This document shows, piece by piece, positions 21,646 to 32,647 of a DNA stretch of 38,358 nt; the stretch's first letter is position 1, and each line of letters opens with the position of its first letter. The notes below the pieces were generated by a model that ran no database searches, was not told the origin of the DNA, and saw only the letters and a list, made by a program, of their open reading frames with translations. A program made the translations under genes and the position numbers. The stretch spans positions 1 through 38,358 of the forward strand of contig BAAIJX010000103.1 in NCBI GenBank assembly GCA_054600435.1. The letters are read 5' to 3'. The stretch comes from Neophaeotheca triangularis. Lineage: Eukaryota.

Positions 21646-24600
21646 TCATCCACCCCCCGCGCGCCCCATCCCAGCCTCCTCCTCCCCAAGTGTCCTAGGC
21701 GGCGCCATCTGCGCCTGGAACTCATGCCACGCACTCGGACTAACAAGGGCATATTGCATGATAGAAAACCTGAACCGATTCCTATAGTCCCTCGGAGAGG
21801 TAATGGTAGGTTTATTCTTGCCGCGATCTTTGATCCAAGACTCCAGCTTCTTGTCCCAAGTATAAGTACGGATGCAGTCAATGATGCCGACGACAAGTTC
21901 TTTGCGGTCATCGTCGAAACCCGCCATTAAGCTGTAGTCCATGACGTTTTGCTTGGAGAGGAAGAGGGTGTCGTTCCAGACGCTGGCTTGGAGTAACTTG
22001 CGAGCGTGTTCGCGGACGAAGAGAGGCGATTCGAAGATTGTTTCGACGAGGTTTTCGTCGAGGAGGACTTCGTCGGGCTGGCCCGTGGATTCAATTTTAC
22101 GATTGCGCATGCTGCCTTTGAGGTCGAAGCGGCGGTGCGGGTTGCGTTCGTAGAAGAGGTTTTCCATGACCAAGAGGTAGTAGGAGAAGTCGACACCGGT
22201 GACGGGGTTTTTGATAATGACCTGGAAAAGGCCGAACATCTTGGCTATGACGGAGGGCACGCCGTGAAAGAGGGTGTAGGACATGAAGGCGAAGTAGTCG
22301 GGGGCGAATTTGGTAAAGGCTTTAAGTTCAACTTCTTGCAGCGATTTGATGACGAAGCGGTTGTCGAGGGTTCGGAGGAAGATTGATTTAGTTTTGCCGC
22401 CTTTACTGTCCCATTTGAGGCAGCGCGAGAGGGATTCGACGAAGCGGTCAGCGACGCCGCAGCGACGACGCAGTGCATCGAACGACTCGGCGTAGAAGAT
22501 CTTGCACGTTGCTTTCACCTGGCCGTGCGCGAAAGAGTACTTCATATGCGTTCCCGTGTCGCTGAGCAAAGACGCCTCTATGGCTTTCTGTTGTTCGCCC
22601 TCGGCAAAAGTCGTCGTTGGCGCCGCATGGTTGCCATTCGCGCTCTTTGTCCGGGTGTGTTTGTTCGGGTGGCTGCGGAACTCGCGGACTTTGGTTAAGT
22701 AGTCGGAGCTGGATAGACAGAGCGCAATGACCGAAGACGGCTCGTCCTCGCGCACAATGATATCCGAGTCCTCAAAGACATGCTCGTGGGAGTGGAGAGG
22801 GTACTCTAAAGGTGCCCAGCCAGACGCCGACCGCTTCGACCAGAAATCCGCCAGCACTTTGAACCAGACGTTCTTCTTATGCTCGGGAATTGACAATTCC
22901 GGATGCAGCTCCATCTCAGCCGGGTGCGTAGGCGACATGAGCGTCGTCGACGAAGTCCCCGAAACCGGATCCGAATGGTCTCTGGTGCGCGTCTTACTGC
23001 CGACGGTCAAGCGCTCGACGTCCGAATCGCCCTCGGTATCCGAACCCGCATTCTCCCGCTGTCTCGCAGCCTCCTTGACAGCCTTGGCCTGCGGCGACTC
23101 TGCGACAACCTCATCCGACGACACTGGCAACGGTGGCTCAGCCTTATCAGCCCTCTCCACCCTCTCATCGCTCGTCGGGGCTTCAAGACCAGCGCTTTCG
23201 AGCTCTCTAGCGCCGACAGCATCAGTAGCGTTCCGATAAACCTCCACAACCGGTCTGGAACTTGCAAGCGGGTTTGCTCTCGCTTGCCGGCTCTTGGAAG
23301 CTCTCTGCCTGCGTTCCCTCAGCCGCTCCTTTTCGAATTCTCGCGACATCTGCTCAAAGTGCTTAGCCAGAGCCGAGACACTGGTGTTGTTGGAAGCGTC
23401 GACGCGCGTAGGGATTGAGCGCGGGATCATCGAAGGCGTCAGCTTGCCAACTTTACTGGGCAAGTGACTCAGCCCCAAACGTTCGGAAAGTCGCTTCTCG
23501 TGTCGGTTGTGTTCTGGCGTTTGACTAGGCGTTGGAACCTCATCAATAGCCGGCTGGTCAACAGCAGCATCTGCACGTCGCTGCCTAGGCACGTGAGAAG
23601 GCTGAGACTGCGCTCGCATCAAGGGCGGCGGGACGGACTTTGTGGGCGTTTCCTGCTTCTTTGCCGGCCGCGGGATGCGCGACTCGGGTACGGTCTCGGG
23701 TTCTGAGCCCTTCGTGTTACGGATCTGCTCGATGCGTTCCAACAGCCCCGAACTCAGCGGTTTTGGCTGGATAGCAAAAGGCTCCTCCACCGGGCACTCG
23801 GCCGTCCCAGGTCGAGTCGAGTGTTTAGAGTCCGCGCTCGTTCCCATAACCTCGTCGAGCATATTGTATCCGGGCGAGCCAGAAGCGATAGCAAGATCAA
23901 GGTGCTTAACCTCATCCCTTTCCACCGCCTCCGACTGGTCCTGCCCCTGCTGCTGCTGCGGACTGATTTTCCTCGCCAAACCCTCGTCCAGCCCCGCCTC
24001 ACTATGCTCGCTCTTCTTGCGCCCCTCGCCCTCGCCTCCCCCGTCCCAACTCTTCCGATGCTCCTGGACAACCTCGGCCAATCCCTCCTTCTCCCCCCGA
24101 ACGTTTCCCCCGTCCCCGTTCCCGGCCCTAGCCTTCTCCACTCCGCCAATCTCCTCCCCAAACTCATCCTTCTCTTCCCCATCGCCATCACTCCCCTCAC
24201 TCGCGAACCCATCCCCCGAACTCGGCGTCGAGTCCAGAAACATCTTCTTCAATTGCAACGTCGCCAACTTCCTGATATCCGTCTCACTGGGGAAATAATC
24301 ACGTTCGAAATTGCTAAAAGCCTCGTCCCACGCAATGGCCTTCTCATCCATAAACCTCAAAGCGCGGTTCAGAGGTATCTGTTCGTAATAGCGCGAGGAT
24401 GCGTACTTAGCGCGAAGCTTGTGGAGGAGCTCGACATGGTCGTCGTCGGCGCGCTTGCGCAAATTGTCAAGAGCTTCTTGCGCTTCGAGAAGCTTTTTCT
24501 CGTCGAGAGTGTCGACATTGATGGAGCTAAGGCGCTTTTTGATTGAGTCGGTAAAAGCGGTCAAGCGCGTGGCGAATTGCGTGTACTGGTCGTTTTTGAC

Positions 24601-27600
24601 GACGAGGTCGGCTTCGACTTTCCATGTCACCGTTTGGCGGGGGACGATGACGTTGTATATTTCCACGGGCTCGTATTGCACCATTACCACGAGGTCTTGG
24701 AAGCCAAAGCAGCGAAGGAAATCTTTGTAAATGTTGTGGCCGCAAACACCAGCGCGAGGTCGCAAGGGCTCGCTCCAGAATGACAACTCAAGGTACTTGG
24801 CGAAGCTGTACTTCCAGGTATTGTCCGACATGGGCAAGATAGTGGTTTCGGCATGGCAAATGCGACAGCTGGACCACATGAGGATGGTGTTGCTGTAGCC
24901 TCTCATACGGGCTTGTTGTCGCTGGACCGAGACGGAAAGTTGGCCGTAACCGTGTACGTACTGCCGGTGGTGGTCGTGCATCTTACGGTTGCACTCCTTG
25001 CAAGTGCTGTTAGCACCCATGCACAAGTCCTCGACATATTGTCCGAGCGTGCAGTCCTCTTCAAAATCCGGCTCGACGTGGTTATAGCCAGCGTAAAACC
25101 CAATACCGAGCAGTTCAGGCCCTACGCAAGGTGCCGAAGTGATGCTTGAAACCGTGGAGTGTAGGACAACAATAGTCTGATGCGAAAACGGATCGAAAGG
25201 ATTGTTGTTCCCAGCAATGAAGCTCTCCCACAATCGTTTCTGCGTCTCGTACGAGTGCATAGTCCGCTCAAATTCCGCACTGTGCACAGCATGCAAGAAC
25301 TCGCGGACGGCTTTCGGCTGATCTTTGGAGGCGGGCGTATTAACCATCTCTGGCTTCACTAGCTCAAAGTCATGATCAAGTGGCTTTTCATCATTGTTGC
25401 CAGCATCATCAGCAGCGGCGTATTGATCGCGCAATCGCTTGTACGTGGCCAACTTCGTTTCTTGCTCGCGCAATTGGGTGAGGAGGTACGGCTGCATGTA
25501 TTGCACGAATGGAGAAGCCGACAGAATCCGCGACCTGCTCTCCTCCTCCACAGCAGCGTAGCGAGAAGGCAGCTCGTCCTCGGCATACGGCTGGCCGTCA
25601 ACAGCGCCATGCAAGACGTCAGTCTCCTGCCGTCCGTTAGCGCCAGGCAAACCCTTGCGCGATCTGACGTCCTCGCCCGTGCGACCCCCAATGCGAGCAT
25701 CATAGGTCTCAAGACTCGACGGCATAGAGATGAACTCGTCCCGCATGAGCGAAGTCTCGAGTTTGAGGTTGTAGACAACGTAGCACATGAACTCGGTCAC
25801 GCGCTTGATCTTGCGTAAAGTCTTGGTGTCGCCGCCTCTGAGCACGATAGTACAGCCGAGGTCCGCCTGGCAGCCGGAGACGTAGACGTATGTTCGCCGC
25901 ATCCCTTGGTGGAGGTAGGTCTTGACGTCAAAGTTCTCGCAGGTGCCCAGGTGACTTGGGTCGATGGCAAGCTTATCGACAGATTTGATCAATGGGGTTT
26001 GGGTTACCCGGGCAACGGCGGCAAGCACGCTCTCTTTGATGTTGTAAGCGACGGTGATGCCTGCTTTCTCCAGGAGGGTAAGCGCGAGGCCGGAGACATT
26101 GCGCTGAACAAGGAGGACATGGGGCTTGAGCGCTGCTATGCGCCCAACGAGGTTGTTCAGATACTCCCGCTCTTGAGCAATGACCGGCTCCAGACTCATA
26201 AAGTGCGCTTGGTGTCTGGCGTACTCTATAGCAAAAGTAACAATGGCAATCCTGGGCCGATGAAGAGAGCGAGCCATGCTCTTCAGGGCAACGTTCTTGC
26301 TGAAGACGACACCGGAGACATAACTAGTATCGCCGGGTCGACCGCCCGGAACTTTCTTCAATTTGACATAGTGTCTGATATCCATGTCATCGCCTCTTTG
26401 TACGTCGGGCTCTACGTCGTCGGTGCACTGTAGCAAGACGGGTATGAGTGCTTTCTCCCATGCTGCTGTCGCATCGATGTTGGCGTCGTGTAATAGCTGG
26501 GCCAGTAGCTTACGTACGTGCTCGAGACTGGCTTGATTGAGCTCGACTGGTGGTGCGTCCGCGCCGTGCATTGCGGAACTGCGAATGACTTTCGTGCCCA
26601 ACGGACTGATTGGCTGTCCGAGTGGTGAAGGTGGCGTTTGGCCAGTCACGTCCGTCTCAATGGTCTTCAGAAGCATGTTACTCTTACTTCGACGTGGAGA
26701 TGGTCTGCCGACTGTCAAGCTGCCGATACTGGGGTTCCGCTTGCGATGGAGCTTTGGCAGATGTTTCGTACTGGCGCCGAGTGCGGTGTCTTCGGTGATG
26801 CCCCGCATGCTGGACGCTGTGGCACTCTTGTCTCCCAGTCGTGATCTTCCCTTTTTCATAGCTGAAGCGAGCAAACTTCCAATACCCATCTTTTCCCGCT
26901 CTGCTGGTGACGCCGCCTGCCCACCGTCTGCGGCCATGGTGGCGAATATACTGGGCTGTTCCTCTCCCTCTGAGTCATCGTCGGAGAGGAAAGGCGCTAA
27001 GTCTGGATCGATGATGTTGTCGTTGTGGAATGCTGGCAATGCTGCCTGCTCTTGCGAGTCGGCAGTGGCTTCCTGATAGAATGGGCCTCGTTCAATAGCG
27101 TTAATGGTGTGGCTGCGCGAAAGCTGGTGTCTAGAATGTAGACGCCTATGGCTGGATGAGCGAGGGCGACCCGTCATTGAAATGAGGGATCTAGACGAGC
27201 TGGGCCGGGCAAGTGATGGATGTGCATCAAACTCGATTACTGCTGAGCGGCGCTTAGCCTCTCGGTTGCGACGTGAAGCTGGTATACCAATTGATGGTGT
27301 AGAGACTTCAGCAGTACGAGGCCTGCTCCCACTGAAGCCGTCGAGGTTACTTGGCAGCTGGCCGCTCTCACCGGTAAAGCGTCGATTGTGACTAGGCGGG
27401 CTCCTGATTGTATCTTCGCCATCCTCTGAGAAGACAGTCGAATCATCATCATCGCTACCGCAAATCATCGCTTCGCATGGCTTGCAAAGTCTCAAGGTGC
27501 CGGGCTGTCCGAATGGTCTGCCTGCCACAAGTGAGGTACATTTCGCGTCAAAGATTTGTCCACACGTCCGACAATGATGCTTTCTGCGAAACGTAGAAAA

Positions 27601-28812
27601 GCTTTGACCGCATGAGAAACAGTCTTTCGCGTTCTCATCACGCATCCAGAACTCTTTACTTATTACCCTTCGCTTGAGGTGCGTAGGTATGTGATGGGGC
27701 AAGTTATTTACCGGTGGCTGCTGAGATCTTGAATTGGTACGACGTCTTTGTAAACCAGAGTTCAAATTCGCTGATGCCTGCAGCCCAACTTGACGAGAAG
27801 CCGTGTTGGTGCTGGTCGAAGACTCAACTTCGCCTCCACTGGTAGAAGATGCGCGGGAAGCTTGGAAGCCCGGAAGGTGAGAAGGTCCTGCACGTGGCAT
27901 TGGAGGCCGTTGCGATCCTCCGTTGGTATCCGTCCTTGAGTCTTTGCGGCTGGGCTGAGCCCAAGTGACGGTGTGATGAGTCTCTCTCCTCTCAGCTGGT
28001 TGAGAGTCATCGATGGCTTGTTCAGTGGCACCTCCACTAACCAACTGCCGAGGTTTGGGCTTTCCAGAACGATCGAGTTGGATTTGAGATTGCGACAAAA
28101 CCCGAGCAAGGGCCTCAGTAGCGCTCTCACTGCCGTCTTCTTCTTCCAGCGCTGCGCGAGCCTTGTCGAGATCGTGTCGGGATGTTGCCTGCTCGGGAGT
28201 CATGCTGCCGCTGGTGTCTTGATGTGACCTCCGTGGACGCGTCGCGTCAGCAGATGTGATCTCCTCGGACGCTCGACTACTAGCCGCCATGCGTCTCGCA
28301 CCAGCCTGCGAAGGTGGGTCCGTCTTCTCTCCAGCCGCCGAAAAGCTGGCCACGAGAGGACTCTCTGCAATACTAGCCGTAGAGACACTCGCAGCGTCCC
28401 CTGGAACCTTCCTCCTAGCCCCTCCCGCAGTACTCATGCTCAGTCTCGATCCGCTCGGTGAAAAGCTCGCTGGACTGTCTGTCTCCACACTCCCACTGCT
28501 CTTGGGTCTCCTGCCCTCTTTGGAAGGGGTGCCACCCATGCTCTCCTTGAACCGCCTATACAGCCCACTGACGCCATTGCTGACCAGCTCCTTGGAGCTT
28601 CCCCGGTCTCCGCCATCGTAGTCGTGAAATGAAGTCAAAGCATCTGAACGGGAGGCAGAGGTGTGGATGTCGTCCAGTGTTTGAGCTAGAACATCCTTGT
28701 CGATTGTTCGTTTCGAGTTGATCGAAGCAAGAGAGCCACGTCGAGGCTGGCCTCCACTTATGAAGGGCAGCAGGGTGGAGGAAGGCGAAGGGGAAGGCGA
28801 TTCTGGTGCCAT
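21646..28812 (-). CDS. FAB1: 1-phosphatidylinositol-3-phosphate 5-kinase (Fab1/PIKfyve), 2388 aa, single ORF
   Basis: FYVE domain (WMRDE...CFSC...FRRKHHCRTCGQIFDAKC), CCT/TCP-1-like domain (YVKLKKVPGG...GVVFSKNV), Cys-rich region, C-terminal PIP kinase domain (GGKTKS, MENLFY, FDLKGS, VMDYSL, GIIDCIRTYTWDKKLESWIK). Confidence 0.98.
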   Translation of the reverse strand: MAPESPSPSPSSTLLPFISGGQPRRGSLASINSKRTIDKDVLAQTLDDIHTSASRSDALTSFHDYDGGDRGSSKELVSNGVSGLYRRFKESMGGTPSKEGRRPKSSGSVETDSPASFSPSGSRLSMSTAGGARRKVPGDAASVSTASIAESPLVASFSAAGEKTDPPSQAGARRMAASSRASEEITSADATRPRRSHQDTSGSMTPEQATSRHDLDKARAALEEEDGSESATEALARVLSQSQIQLDRSGKPKPRQLVSGGATEQAIDDSQPAERRETHHTVTWAQPSRKDSRTDTNGGSQRPPMPRAGPSHLPGFQASRASSTSGGEVESSTSTNTASRQVGLQASANLNSGLQRRRTNSRSQQPPVNNLPHHIPTHLKRRVISKEFWMRDENAKDCFSCGQSFSTFRRKHHCRTCGQIFDAKCTSLVAGRPFGQPGTLRLCKPCEAMICGSDDDDSTVFSEDGEDTIRSPPSHNRRFTGESGQLPSNLDGFSGSRPRTAEVSTPSIGIPASRRNREAKRRSAVIEFDAHPSLARPSSSRSLISMTGRPRSSSHRRLHSRHQLSRSHTINAIERGPFYQEATADSQEQAALPAFHNDNIIDPDLAPFLSDDDSEGEEQPSIFATMAADGGQAASPAEREKMGIGSLLASAMKKGRSRLGDKSATASSMRGITEDTALGASTKHLPKLHRKRNPSIGSLTVGRPSPRRSKSNMLLKTIETDVTGQTPPSPLGQPISPLGTKVIRSSAMHGADAPPVELNQASLEHVRKLLAQLLHDANIDATAAWEKALIPVLLQCTDDVEPDVQRGDDMDIRHYVKLKKVPGGRPGDTSYVSGVVFSKNVALKSMARSLHRPRIAIVTFAIEYARHQAHFMSLEPVIAQEREYLNNLVGRIAALKPHVLLVQRNVSGLALTLLEKAGITVAYNIKESVLAAVARVTQTPLIKSVDKLAIDPSHLGTCENFDVKTYLHQGMRRTYVYVSGCQADLGCTIVLRGGDTKTLRKIKRVTEFMCYVVYNLKLETSLMRDEFISMPSSLETYDARIGGRTGEDVRSRKGLPGANGRQETDVLHGAVDGQPYAEDELPSRYAAVEEESRSRILSASPFVQYMQPYLLTQLREQETKLATYKRLRDQYAAADDAGNNDEKPLDHDFELVKPEMVNTPASKDQPKAVREFLHAVHSAEFERTMHSYETQKRLWESFIAGNNNPFDPFSHQTIVVLHSTVSSITSAPCVGPELLGIGFYAGYNHVEPDFEEDCTLGQYVEDLCMGANSTCKECNRKMHDHHRQYVHGYGQLSVSVQRQQARMRGYSNTILMWSSCRICHAETTILPMSDNTWKYSFAKYLELSFWSEPLRPRAGVCGHNIYKDFLRCFGFQDLVVMVQYEPVEIYNVIVPRQTVTWKVEADLVVKNDQYTQFATRLTAFTDSIKKRLSSINVDTLDEKKLLEAQEALDNLRKRADDDHVELLHKLRAKYASSRYYEQIPLNRALRFMDEKAIAWDEAFSNFERDYFPSETDIRKLATLQLKKMFLDSTPSSGDGFASEGSDGDGEEKDEFGEEIGGVEKARAGNGDGGNVRGEKEGLAEVVQEHRKSWDGGGEGEGRKKSEHSEAGLDEGLARKISPQQQQGQDQSEAVERDEVKHLDLAIASGSPGYNMLDEVMGTSADSKHSTRPGTAECPVEEPFAIQPKPLSSGLLERIEQIRNTKGSEPETVPESRIPRPAKKQETPTKSVPPPLMRAQSQPSHVPRQRRADAAVDQPAIDEVPTPSQTPEHNRHEKRLSERLGLSHLPSKVGKLTPSMIPRSIPTRVDASNNTSVSALAKHFEQMSREFEKERLRERRQRASKSRQARANPLASSRPVVEVYRNATDAVGARELESAGLEAPTSDERVERADKAEPPLPVSSDEVVAESPQAKAVKEAARQRENAGSDTEGDSDVERLTVGSKTRTRDHSDPVSGTSSTTLMSPTHPAEMELHPELSIPEHKKNVWFKVLADFWSKRSASGWAPLEYPLHSHEHVFEDSDIIVREDEPSSVIALCLSSSDYLTKVREFRSHPNKHTRTKSANGNHAAPTTTFAEGEQQKAIEASLLSDTGTHMKYSFAHGQVKATCKIFYAESFDALRRRCGVADRFVESLSRCLKWDSKGGKTKSIFLRTLDNRFVIKSLQEVELKAFTKFAPDYFAFMSYTLFHGVPSVIAKMFGLFQVIIKNPVTGVDFSYYLLVMENLFYERNPHRRFDLKGSMRNRKIESTGQPDEVLLDENLVETIFESPLFVREHARKLLQASVWNDTLFLSKQNVMDYSLMAGFDDDRKELVVGIIDCIRTYTWDKKLESWIKDRGKNKPTITSPRDYRNRFRFSIMQYALVSPSAWHEFQAQMAPPRTLGEEEAGMGRAGGG

Positions 28813-29438
28813 CGAGGGAGGCGGATGTGAGTTGATGGTGTTGTTGGTTTCATGTCGGTGTTTGAGAGGCGTTTGTTCTCTTTTGCTCCGGCGGAACGGT
28901 CGGCATTACTCATTCGCGACGACTGTTTCCATTCAGATGTGCTGACCATTCAGTGAAGCATCCGGTAGAGGTAGGATTTGTTAGGTAAGGTATTGATTGA
29001 ATGTGACCTCTCTCCCGACGTTGATTGAATGCCTCGGCTGAGTTGCTGTCTGAACGCTGACTAAACTCGCGCGCTAGAGCCGGGGCGGATGCCGCTTCCG
29101 CCCATGCTTAGGCTAGGTTAGGTAGGCTGCTGATACTTGATTATTAATATCCGAAATTCGAGCCAGTCCAACGCGTTTCAGCAACAAACAAGCCACGAGT
29201 GAGGAACGTGACTGGCCAAATTTACAACATATCCATTATTGGTTACTGCACACCACAACCCTCTACAACCTTGAGGTACCATCTACAATAGGTAACCCTC
29301 ACCCTCACCTACTCGACACGACACCGATATCTTCCCCATCTACTGGCCCTTAGGGTCCCTAAGTCAAAGCCTACCTAGGTAAGGACATACCCAGGCACTC
29401 ACTCTACGCCGACGGCAAGAAGCCTGCTTGCCTGCACA
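28813..29438. promoter_or_regulatory. Divergent promoter shared by FAB1 and the TPP1/Est3-like gene
   Basis: 626 bp between divergent ATGs; MCB-like ACGCGT at 29171-29176; TTAGG-rich stretches (28981-28990, 29108-29126); palindrome CTTAGGG-T-CCCTAAG at 29349-29363. Confidence 0.6.
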
Positions 29439-32154
29439 ATGGCACCGCGCATCAAGGACTGGCTGGGCTCGTTCGTGGAATCCGAACTCAACTCCGGCTT
29501 GGAGCATCGCCAACTCCGTCAAAAGATCAAGCAAGAACCCGGCATTGTCCCAGACGCCCATACCGGCCATATCCAATCCGATTTCATCAACCTCAAAAGC
29601 GTCACTAAGCCGCCCAATGGCAGCACCGTACGCATCTCCTCTGTAAGTATCCCAATTCCATCACACGCTCTAGCTGCTACCACGTGATACCATGGCTGTG
29701 TATATAACTAACGTATTGTACCCTCAGATTGAAGAAAATGATGGCCAAAATGTCACCATCACCATCACCGATGGCTTCTCCAAGACCACCGCCTTGCTTG
29801 CCGTCGAAGCCAAGAACCAGCTCAAGGAAGAGACGGGCGTAGATCTCGTCCCTGAGATGTGGTCTGCCGGTGATCTCATCTCCATCCTCGAGTGCGAAGT
29901 CGTCATGCTCCCGGCATTTGAGATTGTCATTCTCTCGCTCGAATACGACGGAACTTGGCGCAAGGATATCGGCCAGCCAACTCCTCTCATCGACCGCCAA
30001 GGCATCAAGAAAGTGCTCGCTGAGATCGAAAAAGTGAGGGATATCGATCCCCCCCTATCTTCCTCTCGCACCAAATCACGTGCAGCTCATCCTCCCCATA
30101 CCTCCTCTCGGGCTCCGCCACCAGCCCCTCAAGGACAGCCAGAGCCACAGAGCCAAGTCGTCCCCGCCACCCAACCCGCTGTCGTCACTCCTCTCAGGCG
30201 TAGGCCCCAGGCTCCCACTCTCGCCGGAGACGGTTTTGAGATTGCGCAAGGCGTCAACATGGCCGGACCTGTCTCTCTAGGCAGTGCTCGGCCAGCTCAC
30301 AGTAGCTCTCGATTGTCTCCCCCCGCCGACCCCGCTGGGTTGCTCAAGGTCCTTGGCAACAAGAAGCAAGCTGCTGAAGAGAAGGCTGCTCTAGCTACGG
30401 CAGTACCAGTCGCAGTACGTGACCCTATTCCACAGCATTGTCCTTCGTCGCCATCTAGAGATGTAGCCAAGGAGCTATCAAACAGCCTCAATCCCCCTTC
30501 GAATCGCTAACCTTTCCACTTGCAGGCTCAAGTCGCCGTGTCCCGCTCGCCAGCGCCGGCTAACATCTCTGCCCCTATTTCGACTCCCGCCGCTCCGAGC
30601 GTCAATCCAGAGGCCGTTCGCAAGCACCGACTGGAGAAACAAAAGTCCGCGGCCATAAAGTATGGCGCGCGCCCTGTGCCGGCAGAGCAGCAGGCGGTGT
30701 TGGACTGCCCGGACGCTTGGTTCCCAGGGGGTAAAATCTCTAATGGGCCCATTGAAGGCATCAAGAAGTGGAACAAAGGGGGTCCCATGGCCTCGGATTC
30801 TACCTCCTCGCAGCCTTCCCAAGCCTCCGGGCATCTCCCTACATTGTCTCGACAAGCTCCCGCCCCCTCCCAAACGGGTAGACCAAGGCCCTCAACTGGC
30901 CAGTCTGGGAGCCTCACACCCTCCAGCCAAGCCAGCAACGACACCTCGATCTCGTGGGAGTCCTCCCCAGCAAGGCCCGCAGCCAATGCTGCTCCGGCTG
31001 CTCCACTCGCCAGCTCCGGCAATCAACCCCCTGGCGCGACCATATCCTCCACCGGTTCTTCCGTCGCGCAGTCCATCGAGAGCAGCGCACCCGCCGCAAC
31101 CCCCAACCGCCTTCCCCGTGGCAGCGAGGACCCTTCTCCAACGCGCCAAGAGCGCTCTACAAATGGCCACCACGCTCCTCCTGCCAATACGGTAACTTCC
31201 CAGTCGCGTGATCGATCGAGAGACCCTAGCGAGCGCCACCGCGAGTATCGGCGTGGCTTCTTACCGACAGGAGGCAATAGCTATCGCCGTCCGCCAAGTG
31301 ATTACCACAACGAGTAAGCCCCATCACAGCCCAGCCCTTCCCAGCGATACAGCGAGCACAACACCTCCTCCTGCAAACCCCTTGATTACTATCTATCTCA
31401 AAGCCCCGCTAACACACCCCAAAGTGCTCGCAACTACGATCGCAGACGCTAAATTCGGGGCCCAAGAAACCCATGCTAATTTATTTTTTACGTTATGTCC
31501 AGCCTACCCAGCGCGGGCCAATGGGACGCAAACGCCCAGCCCCCAGCACCAACAACAGCGCCCTTAACAGCGGCAGCAACAGTACCAACACCATCCTCAG
31601 CGCCAACAATAGCACGAGCAGTAGCAACGCCAGGCAGCGCCCCGTCAAGAGATCCCGCACGCAACCTCACCTCCCTGGCAAAAACGCCAACAAGAACCAA
31701 CCCGTCACGAACGCCCGCCCCGAAAATAGCCCCCATCTCAACCGCATCAACACCATCACAGCCGACGACGACCGCAACCGCAGCTGGGGCGGACCTCTCA
31801 CGACCGCGGGCAAGGGAGCGCCACCCGCATACCTCCGTCCCTTCCACCGAGAAGAGATGCCTTACCACAAATGCACCAGTAGGTGGGCAGAGTGGTGCAG
31901 TACTTCCTGCAAATGGAGGGGTGGGTCTGGTGGGGGAGGGGCGACGGATGCAGATGAAATCAGGTTTTAGTTATGGCAGTGGTGGGGTTGAAGCCGGTGC
32001 TTTTGCGGAGTTCGCGGATGGGTGGAAGAGGTTGGGCAAGAATGGGGGGATGAATGCTTTTGCGGTGCAGAGGGATTGCTTTGGTAATGGTAATAGAGGT
32101 GGAGATGGTGTTGTTGGGAGTCGGGGAATCGATGTGCTTGCTTGGGGATGGTGA
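29439..32154 (+). CDS. Shelterin TPP1/Tpz1/Est3-like telomere protein (N-terminal OB fold, long disordered linker, conserved C-terminal tail), ~776 aa
   Basis: Exons 29439-29642, 29728-30414, 30526-31313, 31503-32154, all GT-AG and in phase. N-terminal pattern IKDWL..FVE..L / ITITDG..T.ALL...A...L.EETG / GDLISI / IGQPTPL fits the TPP1/Est3 OB fold as I recall it. Pro/Ser-rich linker; tail FAEFADGWKRL...IDVLAWGW. Confidence 0.72.
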
Positions 32155-32613
32155 CCGGGTTTCCATGGGTTTTCTTTCTTGTGAGTTGTAGAAAGGGTCA
32201 TGATAGGGTCTTCTGCTGCGGAAGTTTCAACGCGATTGGGAGGGCATTGGGAGGCTATTTATCGGCACTGTGATTTCAGTCTATGCGGTCCCACGAGCAC
32301 TTGTGACCCGGCGCGCTCGACTCCTCTAGTTACACGCCTCCCTGCCTTTGAAGCCGCTATCGAGTTACATCTTAGACTGCCTTGACAGCTTTATGCCTTT
32401 CGCACATAGACACTGTCAAGCTTGCCGGGTAGGTAGTGAAGGTACCCAATGGGCGCAGCTCAAGTCGCCAAACTACATACACAATTACCAAAGTGTTGGG
32501 CTTCTGACGGCAGTAGCTCGTTTTACAAGAACCTATCTCACGCACGCAGGCAGTTGAAGTGTGCCCTTTACATTTCGCAAATGGGCACCAAGAGTTCTTT
32601 CTCGCCGCCTAGA

Positions 32614-32647
32614 GTTCCATGATCGTCAACGTTCCATGATCGTCGAC
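32614..32647 (+). repeat. 17-bp tandem duplication
   Basis: GTTCCATGATCGTCAAC followed by GTTCCATGATCGTCGAC. Confidence 0.9.
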
